NCBI GenBank assembly: GCA_963780185.1
Contig: CAWABA010000001.1
Location: 160,001 to 224,000 of the forward strand
From: Candidatus Bathyarchaeota archaeon
GTDB lineage: Archaea > Thermoproteota > Bathyarchaeia > Bathyarchaeales > Bathycorpusculaceae
Length of the DNA stretch: 64,000 nucleotides
Reading direction: 5' to 3'
Part shown: positions 60,998 to 64,000 of the stretch, one piece after another
Layout of the letters: the number at the start of each line of letters is the position of its first letter
How positions within the stretch are numbered: the stretch's first letter is position 1
Notes under the pieces: model-generated
The model's input: the letters and a program-made list of their open reading frames with translations, nothing else
Databases searched by the model: none
What the model was told of the DNA's origin: nothing
Program-made: the position numbers and the translations under genes

Positions 60998-62505
60998 TGT
61001 TTGTTTCCCCGATTGTGACTCTTAAGCAAAAGCTTGTTTATACCGTTTATCATCGCTTCGACGCTTGCCATCACGATGTCTTCTCTTGCCGCCCTCGCCG
61101 AAACCAAATTGCCTTTCTCATCCTCCACTTTAATGATGACTTCTGCAACAGCGTTTGAGCCGCCCGTAATGGCTTCAAGACGGTACTCTCGGAGACGGAT
61201 GTTTTCTTGGCTGCTGATTAGCTTCTGAATTGCTTTTAGAACCGCGTCAACTGGACCTACACCTGTTTCTGCGGCAATGTATTCTTTCCCATCCAGAATC
61301 AGCCGCACTGAAGCCGTTGGGATAACTTTGATGCCGGTGACCACTGCCATGTCGCATAAGGAAACGATTTTCTGTTCCCGACTTCGCCTATAACCGCAGA
61401 GGTCAACGCCAGCAAGTCCGCGTCCGTGACCATTTTGCCTTTGTCGCCAAGTTCCTTGACGCGTTGGACGATTTCTTTGAGTTGCTCCTCCGTTGGGTGA
61501 ATGCCGACTTCTTCCAGCTCCGCTTTGATGCCGCGTGTCCCCGCCAGTTTCCCAGCTACAAGTTTTCTTGTGCGGCCAACCAACGCGGGGTCTATCGGTT
61601 CAAAGGTTAGGGGTTTCTCGGTTACTCCGCGGGTGTGGATGCCTGATTCATGTGCGAAAGCGTTTTCGCCGACCAGCGCCTTGTTAGCCTGCACGGCGAT
61701 GCCTGTTAACGTTGAAACCATGCGGGATGTGCTGTAGAGTAGTCGGCTGTTTACGCCTGTCTTGTACTTGTAAATTACCTGCAGCGCCATAACCACTTCT
61801 TCCAGCGAAGCGTTACCTGCCCGCTCGCCCAACCCGTTGACGGCAACATGCACTTGCACAGCGCCCGCTTCCACGGCAGCCAACGAGTTTGCGACTGCCA
61901 ACCCGAAGTCGTCGTGGCAGTGAATGCTAATCGGCGTCTTGACGACGGATTTGATTTCTTCAACGAATTTGATGGTTGATTTCGGAATCATGATGCCTAC
62001 GGTGTCAGGCAAGTTGAGGCTGTCCATTCCTGCTTTTTCTGCAGCTTGGCAAACCTGTTTTAGAAAAGGCATTTCGGAACGTGTGGCATCCATGGGTGAA
62101 AACTCGCATTTTACCCCATGCGCCTTCACGTACTCAATCGACTCAACCGCTGAAGCCAACACTTGCTCAGGTGTCAAGTTGACGGCGTACTTCATCTGCA
62201 CTGGCAGAGGTCGGGATGAAAACGTGGATTAAGTCAACGTCGCAGTCCAGCGCCGCGTCAATGTCGCCTTTTGTCGCTCGGGAAAGGGCGCAGATTTCAG
62301 AATTCAAGCCCAGCTTGGCAATTTCTTTAACGACTTTTTTTTCGCCGTCAGAGGAACTTGGAAAACCCGCTTCGATAACGTCAACGCCCAGTTTGCCTAG
62401 TTGGCGTGCGATCTCAATTTTGTCTTCAGGGGTTAAAGAAACCCCGGGGGTTTGTTCGCCGTCTCTTAGGGTGGTGTCTAAAATCCGTATGTATTTTCCC
62501 GTCAT
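60994..62505 (-). CDS. leuA: 2-isopropylmalate/citramalate synthase, apparent frameshifts near 62205 and 61375
   Basis: [36 protein letters not shown] regulatory domain. Confidence 0.9.
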
Positions 62506-62509
62506 TTTT

Positions 62510-63548
62510 TCAGCCAGTTTTCACTGTTAAGGCTGCAGCAATGGCTTCCGCCATTCCCACGGTCGTTGTGTTGCCGCCGCAGTCTGGAACAGTTTGACCG
62601 TTACGTAACGCGTAAATTACGCCGTTCTCGATTGCTGCGCCTGCCTGCATGCATTTTTTGTCGTTGTATTTTTCGCCAAGCCACTCCAGCATCATTTTCG
62701 CGCTAAGAACCATCGAAATCGGGTTTGCTGTGTGTTTTCCTTCCCTGTTTGGCGCTGAACCATGGATGGGTTCGAAGAGTGCGAAGTTGTCGCCTAAGTT
62801 TGCGCCTGGAGCCATGCCTAAGCCGCCGATTAGTTGGGCTGCTTCGTCTGAGAGGATGTCGCCGAACATGTTGCATGTGCAGAACACATCGAATATCTGC
62901 GGCTCCTTGATGAGCCGCATCGACGCTGCGTCAACGTACAGTTCGTTGAAGGCGATGTCTGGGTACTGCTTGGCTGTTTCGCGGCATACGCTGGCGAATA
63001 ACCCGTCGGTTACCCGCATAACGTTTGCTTTGTGGATTGCGGTGACTTTCTTTTTGCCGTTGCGTAGGCGCGCCATTTCGAAGGCTTTTTTGGCTATGCG
63101 TTCGCAGGCTTTGCGTGTTATGACCCTGATGCAGATGGTTGTGTTCGGGTCTAAGTGTGAATTCTAAGCCTTTGTAAACGTCCTCGGTGTTTTCCCTGAC
63201 CCACAGCATGTCAATGTCTGGTCTAGCAACTGGAACCGATGGGTAAGACTTGATCGGGCGCAGGTTCGCGTATAAATCGAACATCAACCTGAGTTTAACT
63301 ATGACGTCTGCTGCTGTTTCGCCGACTGGACCTTTCAGGCACGCGTGAGACGCCTTGATTATTTCTACGCTGTCCGCAGGAAGCGCCACGCCTCTTTTCG
63401 CTAAGGTGCCGTCGCCTGCTTCAGCCTCAATCATCTTCAGTTTTATGCCGAATTTTTTCTGCGCTGCCTCTAGAACTTTCAGGGTTGCTTCTGTTAGTTC
63501 TGGACCGATTCCGTCTCCTGGAATCAACGAAATTTTGTATTCAGTCAT
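62510..63548 (-). CDS. leuB: 3-isopropylmalate dehydrogenase family, apparent frameshift near 63150
   Basis: [34 protein letters not shown]. Confidence 0.9.
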
Positions 63549-64000
63549 TTCTTGTTCATTCTCCTACGCAAATTCTCGATTAATCCGCCGTCAACTAATA
63601 TCTCTAGGATAAATGGTGGCAGCTTCTCTACTTGAAACTTTTTGCCGTTGGAAACGTTTTCTATCTTGCCAGCTTCGAAATCCACCGCTAACTCGTCGCC
63701 TGTTTCAACCGCCGCCGATATGCCTTTGCATTCGATTACGGGCAAGCCGATGTTGATGGCGTTTCGGAAGAAGATCCGCGCGAAAGATTCAGCTAACACG
63801 CATTTTACGCCAGCGTACTTTAAGTGCTAGCGGTGCTTGTTCTCGGCTTGAGCCGCATCCGAAGTTTTTGCCGCCTACCACGATTACGCCTTTCTTTGGC
63901 TTTCTCGGGAAACTCTGGGTCTAAGCCTTCCAGTGCGTGTTTTGCCAGCTCATGAGGGTCAACCAGCATCAGGTATTGTCCAGGCAGGATGACGTCTGTG
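63545..64000 (-). CDS. leuD: 3-isopropylmalate dehydratase small subunit, 5'-truncated, apparent frameshift near 63825
   Basis: [32 protein letters not shown]. Confidence 0.9.

Noticed and set aside
569-63830. Many antisense/overlapping ORFs in the track
   Set aside because: Shadows of well-supported genes on the other strand or frame, without motifs
50590-63840. Programmed frameshifting or pseudogenisation of amino-acid biosynthesis genes
   Set aside because: The same lesions occur in essential genes (thermosome, proteasome); sequencing error is more parsimonious

Overview
Archaeal chromosomal segment, most likely Bathyarchaeia (TACK). This is inferred from the PolB1-type polymerase, DUF2096, archaeal ThyA/AroK/DHQ synthase II, the thermosome and the exosome-proteasome gene order; no database was searched. 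Most of it is housekeeping: thermosome, thyA, two moeA, speB, rsmB, polB, aglH-aglB, topA, carS, radB, clp1, xpd, nth, psmA-SBDS-rrp4-rrp41-rrp42-rpl37Ae, pyrF, an 11-gene aspartokinase plus archaeal shikimate/Tyr operon, and leuD-leuB-leuA-pheA. About 20 indel frameshifts hit essential and accessory genes alike, which points to an error-prone long-read consensus rather than real pseudogenes. Most notable observations: (1) an AT-rich island at 34.8-38.7 kb where four unrelated small genes are each preceded by a near-identical promoter block, with a second repeat family behind some of the genes, a degenerate dif-like site and an AAAGTCGCA array, suggesting a gene-cassette shuffling array; (2) an OSTC/DC2 (OST3/6)-like protein near AglB/STT3 and AglH/Alg7, with an in-frame TGA inside aglB; (3) a toxin-antitoxin plus membrane-gene module bracketed by a duplicated DUF488 3' end; (4) a YqgF-like nuclease coupled to a Clp1/Nol9 kinase. 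No rRNA, tRNA, CRISPR array, integrase or transposase was recognised.
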